A stretch of 64,000 nucleotides of DNA from assembly GCA_902622845.1 (NCBI GenBank), contig CACNRI010000001.1, forward strand, positions 364,678-428,677, written 5' to 3'. The translations under genes and the position numbers were made by a program. Shown in pieces: positions 32,001 through 40,372 of the stretch. Every line of letters begins with the position of its first letter. Within the stretch, counting starts at the first letter, position 1. Under the pieces are notes generated by a model. The model had not been told where the DNA came from. It did not search any database and worked only from the letters and a program-made list of their open reading frames with translations. Source of the stretch: an uncultured SAR86 cluster bacterium (lineage in GTDB: Bacteria; Pseudomonadota; Gammaproteobacteria; Magnimaribacterales; D2472).

Positions 32001-32227
32001 TGGACACTTCTTAAATTATTTTCCAAAGGTCTCGCTATTAATCTTGATCCATCTTCTGGAGATGCACCCTCAAGGAATACTGACACGCTTATAAAGGGAA
32101 GCTGAATATTTGGGCTAGAAGAAACTTGTATTTCTTGTCTGGCATATGATCCAGCCAGTAATACTAAAACAGCAATAACTATAATCGTTTTAGCTTTACT
32201 AAGAGCAAAATCAATTATTTTTGTCAT
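29096..32227 (-). CDS. RND efflux transporter permease (AcrB/AcrD/AcrF family)
   Basis: 1043-aa ORF with a 12-TM architecture, two large periplasmic loops and a typical N-terminus. It follows the adaptor gene with a 1-nt gap. Confidence 0.9.
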   Translation of the reverse strand: MTKIIDFALSKAKTIIVIAVLVLLAGSYARQEIQVSSSPNIQLPFISVSVFLEGASPEDGSRLIARPLENNLRSVQGVKNISSYSTLGITRMIVEFEIAHDMNDALIDIQQSIEEVKSELPLGAEDPQIQEYSERSFPAMTISLQGEGSLRQKIYFAEEMKDMLESIDGIYEANLVAAPDEVLEGVIDKSKMEAYGVTLDDLYNSINNNNIVIPGGRQDTGLGSFNVEVPSVLETPSDVYSIPVKVTKDAVVTFGDIATVKRTFKDFNEYARINGKDTVALDIFLRDGANALDTKDSITLVLNDLKQKLPPNLDVLITDDETVITEQMVSELEGNILGAILLIMVVVVASMGLRVGLLVGLSIPFCFLFTFIVLISFGYELNFLVMFGLLLSMGMLIDGSIVVTEYADRKISEGLTRFEAYRLGSKRMFYPILASTGTTLAAFIPLIFWPGYTGQFMKYLPMTVFFVLVASFFYAMIVTPVIGTYFGQHKSVLSSKDSVDKTGQFIFDNISEFYSKKIKFFIKNPVETMIACISIVAVIITTYNFYGKGTEYFATIDPLEAKISIRGRGNFSALEKKEIIESIEERLLEIDELKNIYLKAGSDWFDSGSDKIGSGFVEVVPPSERTITGLEAIGLISKVTRDIPGVVVEAEPDMGGPQFGAPIMLGIYGDSEDTVTVAATEIENYMRYEVNGLTNIFSSRAYPAVEWSVEVDNQKAAQLGVSVFNVGALVQMLTSGFKVGEFTPDDSKDAIEIRARFQPEDRTITGINNLKVQTSNGLVPVSSFISLVPQQYKENVSRRNGYFYHEIYASNVPGVLVSDKVKELENWLSNQYSDGNIKYGFQGQTEETEEVNEFLVVAGGTAIFVMLLMLLTQFNSFYQSLLIMSSVVMSFVGVLLGLLITNKPFSSTMTGISIVTLAGIVVNNNIVLIDTFNRLKSDMPHEEITKIIKITCMQRLRPILLTTTTTILGLLPLALGLSVDIIGRDISVGSRVVDWWSNLAQSIVFGLGFSTLLTLIFTPAALAIPPKIKKFLEKREQLQINPQ

Positions 32228-32228
32228 A

Positions 32229-33107
32229 CTAGATTGAATCCAAACCAGCTAAGATTTTTTGACCATCTTCAACGAATCCATGACCTTTTACAATAAGATC
32301 TACTGTTTCAGGGATGCCAGATATCCATAGGCCATCCTCAAGATCTTCAACAATAAATATTGGAATAAACTTAACAATATTTTCTGAATTTAATATTTTT
32401 ACACCTATATTTCCTGAATCATCCAAATCAAGAATAGAGGGTGATATTTTGTGCGAAAGAATAGGATCTGTTTTAATTGTTATCGTTGATGTTATGCCAT
32501 CCTTGATTAGCCCTTTTGAATTATTAATTTCGCTTTCGACTCTAAAAGTTTTTGTTTGAGGAGAAGCACTTTTTGAAACAAAAGATAGTTTTCCATTAAT
32601 TGATTCACCTGTGATTAATTCAATTTGAACATCTTGACCTACTTTCACATCAGAGATTCTTATTTCAGGAATTTCTGCGATAAATTTAATTGGATCTAAA
32701 TCAATAATTGTTGCACAAACTTGACCTCTATCGAGGAAGTTACCTGGCTTTACAATAGATTCAATAAAACCACTAAAAGGAGACTTAACTTCGGTTCTGT
32801 TCAGTTCAACAATGCCTAGCCTGCATAAAAGGGCATCTTTTGCTACAAAATTTCCTTCTCTTGCACCAATTTCCACTACTTCACCAGTAGTTTTAGCTCT
32901 TACCTCAACTCTTCTTTCAGAGCTACTTGTAGCTTTTAGTTTAATAGTAGGACTATAAAATTGAGGAATACTTTCTTTTACCTCTATTGACGTAGATGGG
33001 TTTTGATCACCAATCTCAACTTCTTTCTCTTCAACAAATATACCTGATAACATCCAAAAAATAATCGGAACTATAATGTAGAGGGAGATTCTTACGTTTT
33101 GATTCAT
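32229..33107 (-). CDS. RND efflux periplasmic adaptor (membrane fusion protein)
   Basis: 292-aa ORF with an N-terminal anchor and lipoyl/beta-barrel-type segments (VKSPFSGFI, PGNFLDRGQV). It is immediately upstream of the RND permease. Confidence 0.78.
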   Translation of the reverse strand: MNQNVRISLYIIVPIIFWMLSGIFVEEKEVEIGDQNPSTSIEVKESIPQFYSPTIKLKATSSSERRVEVRAKTTGEVVEIGAREGNFVAKDALLCRLGIVELNRTEVKSPFSGFIESIVKPGNFLDRGQVCATIIDLDPIKFIAEIPEIRISDVKVGQDVQIELITGESINGKLSFVSKSASPQTKTFRVESEINNSKGLIKDGITSTITIKTDPILSHKISPSILDLDDSGNIGVKILNSENIVKFIPIFIVEDLEDGLWISGIPETVDLIVKGHGFVEDGQKILAGLDSI

Positions 33108-33166
33108 ATATTTATAGCCATATTATGTAAAGTATACTTGACATATAAGATTATACTTTGTGTGAA

Positions 33167-33610
33167 TTAAATTTTGTGCTTCTTTCTTAATTTTTCAAGT
33201 GTTTTAAGATCAAATCTATCAAAATTCTCATCAAAGTTATCATCTGGTTCTTTAAAATCCAATAGCTTTGCTTCTTCACAACATTTAATAAAATCAGATA
33301 ATGTTGGAAGGAAATCATTCTTTGAGACAACTTTTAGTATGGAATCTTTAATGTGATGATTATCAAATCTTTTAAGGCTCATAGCCCAAAGCTTTTTTCC
33401 TTCTTTAAGCCTTTCATCATCTCCAAAGACTTTATAGAATTGATAGTGATAAGACATCTCAAGTTTTAGGAATAAATCATCAATAAGATTTATGAAATCT
33501 TGATCAAGCTTTTTTTTACTCGATTTCTTCTGCCCAAGACTGGTCACTTTTTCTTTCTTTGAATGTTTTGGTGAATTTTCCTGGCTCATTTTTACTATTA
33601 TAACTCCCAA
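33167..33610 (-). CDS. phage lambda replication protein P-like protein (N-terminal-domain homologue only)
   Basis: 147-aa ORF. INLIDDLFLKL...KKLWAMSLKRF...NDFLPTLSDFIKCCEE parallels lambda P IINGVFSQLL...RRQWVLAFREN...RPFLPSPGQFVAWCREE as I recall it. The start is either 33610 or 33589. Confidence 0.5.
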   Translation of the reverse strand: MGVIIVKMSQENSPKHSKKEKVTSLGQKKSSKKKLDQDFINLIDDLFLKLEMSYHYQFYKVFGDDERLKEGKKLWAMSLKRFDNHHIKDSILKVVSKNDFLPTLSDFIKCCEEAKLLDFKEPDDNFDENFDRFDLKTLEKLRKKHKI

Positions 33611-34280
33611 TTTCTTTTCTTTTTACAAAATCAACAAATTTAACGTTCCACGTTTTTAACGCAGCTCCATTATCCTTCCAAAAAAGAATAAATTCACTCA
33701 GGTAGCTTAGAGCAGTATCTTTTTTAATTTCTGATAGCTCAAGGATATCAAGAGCAGAGCTACTAGGTATCCAATCGTCAGCCATAGTAAAAGGCATACC
33801 TTTATTTTTTGAATTGAATTGCACCCATTCTTTTCTTATGTAGTTTATAAAAACAGAGTTCCAGTTATCTTTTTGAACCTTCTTTTCTCTCCAATAAATC
33901 CTGAATTCTTTAAGCTTTAAAGAAGCAAAATCTAAGTCAATTCCTCCAAGCTCAAGAACCTCAATAGCTTCTCTTGAAGGCTTCCAGTCAGAATCTAATA
34001 TGTTTGATTTATCTGATCTATATTTTTGAGGTAACTTAAGCCGAGCCTTAAGATTTTTATCAGACTTAATTTTAATTAATCCAAGGCCAGCAATCTTTTC
34101 AATGCTGCTAACTATTTTTTGCTCTTCCATAAAAGAGAATTTTTTTAAGATAATTTCTGCTAAATCTTCTAAAGAATTTGATGAAATTTTATTATCTTCA
34201 ATGAATTTAAGGATAACTGCAGCTTCTACACCAATAGTATCTGCAACATCTTTTGAAAAAGAAAGATTATCTGACTCCAC
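33516..34280 (-). CDS. DnaT-like / phage replication O-type C-terminal domain protein with two tandem repeats
   Basis: 254-aa ORF whose start abuts the stop of the upstream DAHP synthase gene. It has two copies of a module of about 55 aa (DWxPS..A...LEL..I....A...L.EF...W........W...F..++++), typical of DnaT-type ssDNA-binding domains. Confidence 0.55.
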   Translation of the reverse strand: MESDNLSFSKDVADTIGVEAAVILKFIEDNKISSNSLEDLAEIILKKFSFMEEQKIVSSIEKIAGLGLIKIKSDKNLKARLKLPQKYRSDKSNILDSDWKPSREAIEVLELGGIDLDFASLKLKEFRIYWREKKVQKDNWNSVFINYIRKEWVQFNSKNKGMPFTMADDWIPSSSALDILELSEIKKDTALSYLSEFILFWKDNGAALKTWNVKFVDFVKRKEIGSYNSKNEPGKFTKTFKERKSDQSWAEEIE

Positions 34281-35333
34281 CTAGCTCTTTGATCTCCTTG
34301 CTTGAACAGCTGAGGAGAGCTCTGAAAGACATTGTTTTGTATCTTCGAAGTGAATGCATGCATCTGTAACACTTTGTCCATATTCCAAATCCTCACCAAT
34401 CTTCTGATTACCTTCTCGTAAGTGACTTTCTATCATTACTCCTCTAATTTCATTCATACCATCAGATATTTGCTTAGATACAACTCCAATATTCTCAAGC
34501 TGTCTTTTAAAGACTTTTTGACTATTGCCATGGCTCACATCAATCATGATTGAGTCATTTGCTTCCGCTTCATTAAGCGCATCAATGGTTTCTCTTACAT
34601 CATCTGGGTAAAGGTTTGGTTTAGTTCCACCTCTGAGAATAATATGTGTATCAGAGTTCCCGGATGTCTTATAAATAGAAACCATTCCATCCTTAGTATT
34701 TGAAAAAAATACATGTGAATGATTGGAAGCTTTTATTCCATAAATAGCCGGATTTAAATCGCCCGTTGTTCCGTTTTTAAAGCCAATTGGACATGAAAGT
34801 CCTGATGCCAACTCTCGATGAATCTGACTTTCAGCAGTTCTTGCTCCAATGGCACCCCATGAAATAAGATCAGCGACAAACTGAGGAGAAATCGGATCAA
34901 GAAACTCTGTGCCAACAGGAAGTCCAAGCTGAGAAATCTTATGAAGTATAGATCTTGCAAGAAAAAGCCCTTTATTTGCATCAAAAGTATTATCCATATC
35001 TGGGTCATTAATAAGACCTTTCCAGCCTATGCTTGTTCTTGGTTTCTCAAAATAGACTCTCATAATCAAAAGAATATCTTCTTCATATTTTTTCTTTTCA
35101 TCAATTAAAAGTTTTGCATATTCTTCAGCAGAATCCGGATCATGTATTGAGCAGGGACCAACTACAGCTATTAATCTGTCGTCTTTACCATGCAGTATTT
35201 GACTTACCTCATTTCTAGTTCCATATACTAGTTTAGATATCTCATCAGTTAGAGGATATTTTGAGATCACATCATTAGGAGTAACTAAATCTACTTTGTC
35301 AATTATCCGGGTATTGTCAGTTGAGTAATTCAT
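34281..35333 (-). CDS. aroG: 3-deoxy-7-phosphoheptulonate (DAHP) synthase, class I
   Basis: 350-aa ORF with class I-alpha DAHP synthase motifs (VVGPCSIHD, KPRTSIGWKGLINDP, GARTAESQIHRE). Which isozyme (Phe/Tyr/Trp feedback type) cannot be told from the sequence. Confidence 0.88.
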   Translation of the reverse strand: MNYSTDNTRIIDKVDLVTPNDVISKYPLTDEISKLVYGTRNEVSQILHGKDDRLIAVVGPCSIHDPDSAEEYAKLLIDEKKKYEEDILLIMRVYFEKPRTSIGWKGLINDPDMDNTFDANKGLFLARSILHKISQLGLPVGTEFLDPISPQFVADLISWGAIGARTAESQIHRELASGLSCPIGFKNGTTGDLNPAIYGIKASNHSHVFFSNTKDGMVSIYKTSGNSDTHIILRGGTKPNLYPDDVRETIDALNEAEANDSIMIDVSHGNSQKVFKRQLENIGVVSKQISDGMNEIRGVMIESHLREGNQKIGEDLEYGQSVTDACIHFEDTKQCLSELSSAVQARRSKS

Positions 35334-35507
35334 CTTTTAATCACTTATTAAATTAGGTTTACAAATATAACTATGATGCAAATCAATTGAAAGCTATATA
35401 TTAAAAATTTAGATTTATTTTTTATTAGCCCAATCATGCTTAAAAAACCGTTTTTTTGTATAAACACAATATGTTGTATTTAAGACTTTCCACAATTACA
35501 CTATGTA

Positions 35508-36317
35508 GTGTTTATGAGCACTTTCCAACCTAAACAAAGCGAATTAGGCATTGTTAATGGCGTTCCATTGCCAGAAATGCCAGAAGACCTTTTTATTCCT
35601 CCGCAAGCTCTAGAGATTTGTCTAGAAACTTTTACTGGCCCAATGGACTTGCTGCTTTACCTCATAAAAAAACAAAATATAAATATCCTAGATCTGGAAG
35701 TATCTAAAATTACCGATCAATACATAGATTATATTAATCTTATGGATTCATTAAACTTTGAGCTAGCTGCAGAATACTTGGTAATGGCTGCTACATTGGC
35801 TGAAATTAAATCTAGAATGCTTCTGCCAAAAGTTGAAGAGGAAGATGACGAAACTGATCCAAGGCTGGATTTAATAAGAAGGCTTCAGGAATACCAAGTT
35901 TTTAAGACTGTTTCAGAAGAGCTTGCAAATATGGATAGAGTAAATAGAGACTTTTACCTAGCAAGCGTTGGTATGCCTAAAGTTGAAAAAAAGACAAATG
36001 TAATTGACTTTAATGCTGCAAGGCTCAAGTCAAGTATGGTTGAGGTTTTATCAAGACCTAAACTAGATAAAAACCATCAGATAGCTTTCGAAGAGCTCTC
36101 AACGCAGGATAGAATTAAGCTTATATTATCAATTCTTTCAAAAAAGAATCTAATTGGTTTTTATAAGACCCTTCAAAAATCAGAAGGCAAAATTGGAGTA
36201 GTAGTTTCATTCTTAGCTTCGCTTGAGCTTGCTAAAGATGGATGTGTAGACTTAATCCAAAATAACAATGAAGAAATTTATATCAAATCAAAAGTACTTA
36301 ATGCAGTAAATGAATAA
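35508..36317 (+). CDS. scpA: segregation and condensation protein A
   Basis: 269-aa ORF with a GTG start (ATG 35514 is an alternative). It has the ScpA N-terminal motif FTGPMDLLLYLIKKQNINILDLEVSKITDQY. Confidence 0.85.
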   Translation: MFMSTFQPKQSELGIVNGVPLPEMPEDLFIPPQALEICLETFTGPMDLLLYLIKKQNINILDLEVSKITDQYIDYINLMDSLNFELAAEYLVMAATLAEIKSRMLLPKVEEEDDETDPRLDLIRRLQEYQVFKTVSEELANMDRVNRDFYLASVGMPKVEKKTNVIDFNAARLKSSMVEVLSRPKLDKNHQIAFEELSTQDRIKLILSILSKKNLIGFYKTLQKSEGKIGVVVSFLASLELAKDGCVDLIQNNNEEIYIKSKVLNAVNE

Positions 36318-36882
36318 GAATATCGAAAATTTTATTGAATCTTTACTATTTGCATCAGGAAGGCCATTGCGACTATCTGAAATTAGGTCAATTCTTGAAA
36401 ATGAAGGAATTAAAGCTGATTTGGCCGAAATAAAAGTTGGATTAAATAATCTTGAAGAGAGATATGCAGAATCTTCTTTAGAGTTATGTGAAGTAGCTTC
36501 TGGTTTTAGATTGCAGATTAAAAAAGATTTCACTCATCTTTTATCTTCATTGTGGACAGAGAACAACAGATTATCTAAATCTTTGATGGAAACTATTTCC
36601 ATAATAGCCTACAAACAGCCTGTAACTAGGGGAGAAATTGAGGAAATTAGGGGAGTCCAGGTTAGTACTAATATTATAAGAAATTTGCTTGAAAGAGATT
36701 GGGTAAAGATTTCAGGATACAAAGAAACACCCGGAAGACCAGCATTGTTGGTAACTACAAAAACCTTTTTGAATGATCTCAATATTAAGAAAATCTCGGA
36801 CTTGCCTGCGTTACCTGAAAAAGAAGAAATTTCTTCAAAAGAAATCACCGAAACAGCGGAGATTAATCTAGAGGCAAGTTAA
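36310..36882 (+). CDS. scpB: segregation and condensation protein B
   Basis: 190-aa ORF overlapping scpA by 8 nt, with the ScpB winged-helix pattern (IESLLFASGRPL, IIAYKQPVTRGEIEEIRGV). Confidence 0.85.
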   Translation: MNKNIENFIESLLFASGRPLRLSEIRSILENEGIKADLAEIKVGLNNLEERYAESSLELCEVASGFRLQIKKDFTHLLSSLWTENNRLSKSLMETISIIAYKQPVTRGEIEEIRGVQVSTNIIRNLLERDWVKISGYKETPGRPALLVTTKTFLNDLNIKKISDLPALPEKEEISSKEITETAEINLEAS

Positions 36883-36888
36883 TCACTA

Positions 36889-37617
36889 ATGAAAAAAACT
36901 CGGTTGCAAAAAATACTTGCAAGAGCAGGCTATGGCTCAAGAAGAGGATGTGAAGAGATAATTAGCTCAGGTAAAGTTACTGTAAATGGAGAAATAGCAA
37001 AACTCGGTTGCGTGGTTAACTCTGATGATGAAATTAAAATAGGTAGCAAAAAAGTTGAATTTATAGATGTTCAAACCAGACTATTTATTCTAAATAAACC
37101 AACGGGAGTTATTTGTTCCAAAAAGACTGAAGGCAATTTGAAATCTATATATGATTTAATTCCTAAGATTGATAATGAAAAAAACTTAATGATTGTTGGC
37201 AGGTTGGATGCAAATTCGTCAGGCTTAATTTTTTTTACTAATGATGGAAAGCTTTCTGAATTTATAGCTCATCCAAGTAATTTATTCGATAGAGAGTATC
37301 TCGTGAGAGCACGAGGCCATTTTGATGAAGAGATTAAAGAGAATATGTTAAGAGGAATAAAGATAGATAATCAGTTGCTAAGATTAAGCGACATTGTTGA
37401 TGGTGATAAAACAAATTCAAATAGATGGTACACAGTTTGCCTGCTTACAGGTCGTAACAGAGAAATACGAAAAATTTTTGAGTCTCAAGGGCTTCAAGTA
37501 AGCAGACTTAAGAGAGTAAGGTTTGGACCGATATTTCTTCCAAAAGGATTAAAGGAAGGAGACTGGCAGGAATTAAAATCTAAAGATTTAGAAAAAATGT
37601 ATACCTATGGAAAGTGA
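36889..37617 (+). CDS. rluB: 23S rRNA pseudouridine synthase, RsuA/RluB family
   Basis: 242-aa ORF with an S4 domain (RLQKILARAGYGSRR) and the catalytic motif GRLDANSSGLIFFTNDG. It lies in the conserved scpAB-rluB order. Confidence 0.85.
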   Translation: MKKTRLQKILARAGYGSRRGCEEIISSGKVTVNGEIAKLGCVVNSDDEIKIGSKKVEFIDVQTRLFILNKPTGVICSKKTEGNLKSIYDLIPKIDNEKNLMIVGRLDANSSGLIFFTNDGKLSEFIAHPSNLFDREYLVRARGHFDEEIKENMLRGIKIDNQLLRLSDIVDGDKTNSNRWYTVCLLTGRNREIRKIFESQGLQVSRLKRVRFGPIFLPKGLKEGDWQELKSKDLEKMYTYGK

Positions 37618-38218
37618 ACAGGCTTACAAAGGTCTTCTTTTTCTTACTAAGAAATACAAATTTAATGAGCTTCATAGACACATAAAAAATATTGGACCAC
37701 TCAAAATCAAGCTTTCAAAACTCAAATTTGATCATCATTTATGCAAGATAATTGTAGGACAACAAATCTCTACAAAGGCCGCAGATGCGATCTGGGTAAG
37801 AGTAGAAAAAATCTTAAAGGGAAAGCTACCTAAGAAACCAACTAATAATCTTCAAAAAAAATTAAAGGATGCTGGCCTTTCTGCAAGAAAAGTAGATTAT
37901 ATGATTGGAATTATCTATAACGATGAAATTAGAGGCTCTAACAGAAGAAAATTAAAGACTAAATCAACCGAGGAGTTTTCAAAGCTTCTCCTGTCTATTA
38001 AGGGAATTGGTAAGTGGACCGTGGATATGTCGAGAATCTTTTATTTAGGAGATTCTGATGTGATGCCCTTAACGGATCTAGGAATTATATATGCTCACAA
38101 GATTGCATTTCCAAAGAAAAAAATAGAGGAAAAATTTTATAAACAATTCAGTCCATATAATTCCTATCTAAGCTTATTTATGTGGCGTCTTTTGGAAGAT
38201 GAAAATCTGAGTATTTAA
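37607..38218 (+). CDS. DNA-3-methyladenine glycosylase II family (HhH-GPD) protein
   Basis: 203-aa ORF with IIVGQQISTKAADAIW, the helix-hairpin-helix IKGIGKWTVDM and the catalytic-Asp region MPLTDLGI. Confidence 0.7.
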   Translation: MESEQAYKGLLFLTKKYKFNELHRHIKNIGPLKIKLSKLKFDHHLCKIIVGQQISTKAADAIWVRVEKILKGKLPKKPTNNLQKKLKDAGLSARKVDYMIGIIYNDEIRGSNRRKLKTKSTEEFSKLLLSIKGIGKWTVDMSRIFYLGDSDVMPLTDLGIIYAHKIAFPKKKIEEKFYKQFSPYNSYLSLFMWRLLEDENLSI

Positions 38219-38924
38219 AATGTACATTCTTTGAAAGCGAACTTTCATCCGAAAAAAACCATTCAAAACAATGAATTAAATCTTTGGGAGTCTTTATAGA
38301 ATCCTGATCTTCAGAAGGTCTTGCTGCAAAACGCATTTTTGTTTTTGTTGCTCCAGGATCAAAACTAAAAACTTTCATATTTTTATTCACCTCAGTTTCT
38401 TCGCTTAGGATTTCAGCCAAACCCCTTTGTGCAAATTTTGATACTGAGTATGCGCCCCAGAATGCTTTTCCAGTATTTGAAACACCTGAAGAAACAAAAA
38501 TAATCCTTGCTTCATTAGAGTAAGATACCAACTCTAACAAATGCTTTGTGATTAAAAATGAAGAGGTCAGATTAACTTGCAAAACATCATCCCAAGTTTT
38601 TGATTGGTAATCTTCAATCCTTGTAAGATTTCCTAAAATAGCTGCGTTATGAATTAAGCCATCAATATTCTCATAGTATTTCTTTATCTCATCTGAGATC
38701 TGAATTACACCTTTCTCATCTAACTGTCTTAGATCAGATCTTATAATTAGGTTTTTACCACTATGTGCTGAAATCTCATCATAGAGTTCGTCAAGCTTAT
38801 CTTCATCTTTCCCAAGCATAATAATATTGGCACCTTTTGATGAAAATGATTTCACGAGCTCAAGACCAATACCACTTGTTGCTCCGGTAATCATAATATT
38901 CTTTCCTTGAACAACTTCAGACAT
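38178..38924 (-). CDS. SDR family oxidoreductase (YciK-like)
   Basis: 248-aa ORF with the cofactor motif TGATSGIG and the catalytic Y..xK (YSVSK). It lies downstream of ubiG and the HAD phosphatase, as in Pseudomonas. Confidence 0.8.
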   Translation of the reverse strand: MSEVVQGKNIMITGATSGIGLELVKSFSSKGANIIMLGKDEDKLDELYDEISAHSGKNLIIRSDLRQLDEKGVIQISDEIKKYYENIDGLIHNAAILGNLTRIEDYQSKTWDDVLQVNLTSSFLITKHLLELVSYSNEARIIFVSSGVSNTGKAFWGAYSVSKFAQRGLAEILSEETEVNKNMKVFSFDPGATKTKMRFAARPSEDQDSIKTPKDLIHCFEWFFSDESSLSKNVHFKYSDFHLPKDAT

Positions 38925-39576
38925 TTCTTTTAATAAAATCTAATATTTGTAATGGTGATTCAAAGTTCTCTGCACCATCAATAATTAATCCTTTTTTAAA
39001 TCCATAGCCAAAAGTGCATACACCTGAAATTGTTCCTGCGGCCAAAGAAGCATTTAAATCATTTTCATGGTCTCCAACATAAATACATTTCGAATTTGGG
39101 ACCCCAAGAATATTGCATGCATGATTAATTCCTTCTGGATTAGGCTTTGATTTAAAGCCATCATCACAACAGATAACTACTTTAGATTGTCTAAGTAGGC
39201 TTGATTTCTTTAGTATGATCTCAGTATATTTCCTTGGCTTGTTAGTTACTATTCCATATGGAATTTTTTTATCCAATAAAAAGTTGAGTAAGTCAGAAAC
39301 TCCATGAAATAAGTTTCCATACATTAAAATATTCTTCTCATATTCGTTTAAGAAGTTTCTTTTGTGCTCATCAAAGCCTTCATCATCTGCATCTATATTA
39401 AAGACAAGTTTAAGAAGTTTTGAGCTACCATCAGAAACATTTGCTCTAACAATACTCTCATCAATTTTTTTTGATGGACTATTTATGTTTATATTTTCCA
39501 GAGATGCTAAGAAGTCAGGGAAAGAATCAAGCAAAGTGCCATCTAGATCAAATAAAACTGCTTCTATTTTACTCAT
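38917..39576 (-). CDS. HAD-IA family phosphatase (phosphoglycolate phosphatase / MupP-like)
   Basis: 219-aa ORF with HAD motif I FDLDGTLLDS, motif II VTNK and motif IV GDHENDL. It overlaps both ubiG and the SDR gene by 8 nt. Confidence 0.8.
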   Translation of the reverse strand: MSKIEAVLFDLDGTLLDSFPDFLASLENININSPSKKIDESIVRANVSDGSSKLLKLVFNIDADDEGFDEHKRNFLNEYEKNILMYGNLFHGVSDLLNFLLDKKIPYGIVTNKPRKYTEIILKKSSLLRQSKVVICCDDGFKSKPNPEGINHACNILGVPNSKCIYVGDHENDLNASLAAGTISGVCTFGYGFKKGLIIDGAENFESPLQILDFIKRNV

Positions 39577-40267
39577 TGATTCCGTACATCATGTAATTAA
39601 CTCCTAAATCATTGTTCAGGCTTACATGATGAGTAACAGGGTTATAGAACATGCCTTTGGCTTCCATAAGTTTCACTGAAGCATTTTCCATATATTCACT
39701 AAGCTCAGATGGTTTTATAAATTTTTCAAACTCATGAGTTCCTTTTGGGAGAATACTAAAAATATACTCAGCTCCCACAATTGCCGTTATCCACGACCTG
39801 GGATTTCTATTAATCGTAGATAGAAATAAAAGACCATCTTTTTTGAGCATTTTTGAGCATGCCTCAACCAAAGAGGCTGGACTTGGAACATGTTCTAAAA
39901 CTTCTAAACAAGTAACCACGTCATAATAACCTTCTTTATCAATGCAAAAATCTTCAGCTTGAGCTGTTGCATAATTAATTTGTTTATCCTCTCTTTCTGC
40001 ATGAATCCTAGCAACCTCAATACCAGGACCTGCAGCATCTATTCCGTCGACCTCTGCACCAAGGTCATAAAGTGCTTCAGCTAATAAACCCCCGCCACAT
40101 CCAACATCTAAGACTTTTTTTCCTTTTAAATCTATTTTAGAGGCAATATATTCAGATCTTATTGGGTTTATATTGTGAAGAGGCTTGAATTCCCCAGAGG
40201 AATCCCACCACTTATCAGCAAGTTCAGCAAACTTATTTACTTCATTTTGATCTATATTTTTATCCAT
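39569..40267 (-). CDS. ubiG: bifunctional 2-polyprenyl-6-hydroxyphenol / 3-demethylubiquinol O-methyltransferase
   Basis: 232-aa ORF with the UbiG pattern (EVNKFAELADKWWD, PLHNINPIR, VLDVGCGGGLL, CLEVLEHVP). Confidence 0.92.
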   Translation of the reverse strand: MDKNIDQNEVNKFAELADKWWDSSGEFKPLHNINPIRSEYIASKIDLKGKKVLDVGCGGGLLAEALYDLGAEVDGIDAAGPGIEVARIHAEREDKQINYATAQAEDFCIDKEGYYDVVTCLEVLEHVPSPASLVEACSKMLKKDGLLFLSTINRNPRSWITAIVGAEYIFSILPKGTHEFEKFIKPSELSEYMENASVKLMEAKGMFYNPVTHHVSLNNDLGVNYMMYGINE

Positions 40268-40372
40268 TTCTAAAAAACTAAAAACTAATTTTATTTAAGG
40301 CTAATATTGAGTTTATAATCAAAACACATTAATTTTTATAATAATATCAAAAAGATAAAGAAAGGGTTCAAA

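Noticed and set aside
29096-33107. RND efflux pair lacking an outer-membrane factor gene and a local regulator, considered as unusual
   Set aside because: Two-gene RND operons that borrow a TolC-like channel encoded elsewhere are common, so there is nothing distinctive in the sequence.
33167-34280. Prophage or prophage remnant
   Set aside because: Only two replication-type genes are present. They are packed with zero or short spacing into a housekeeping transcription unit. No other phage genes, att sites or compositional break are visible, so the pair is reported as a domesticated pair instead.
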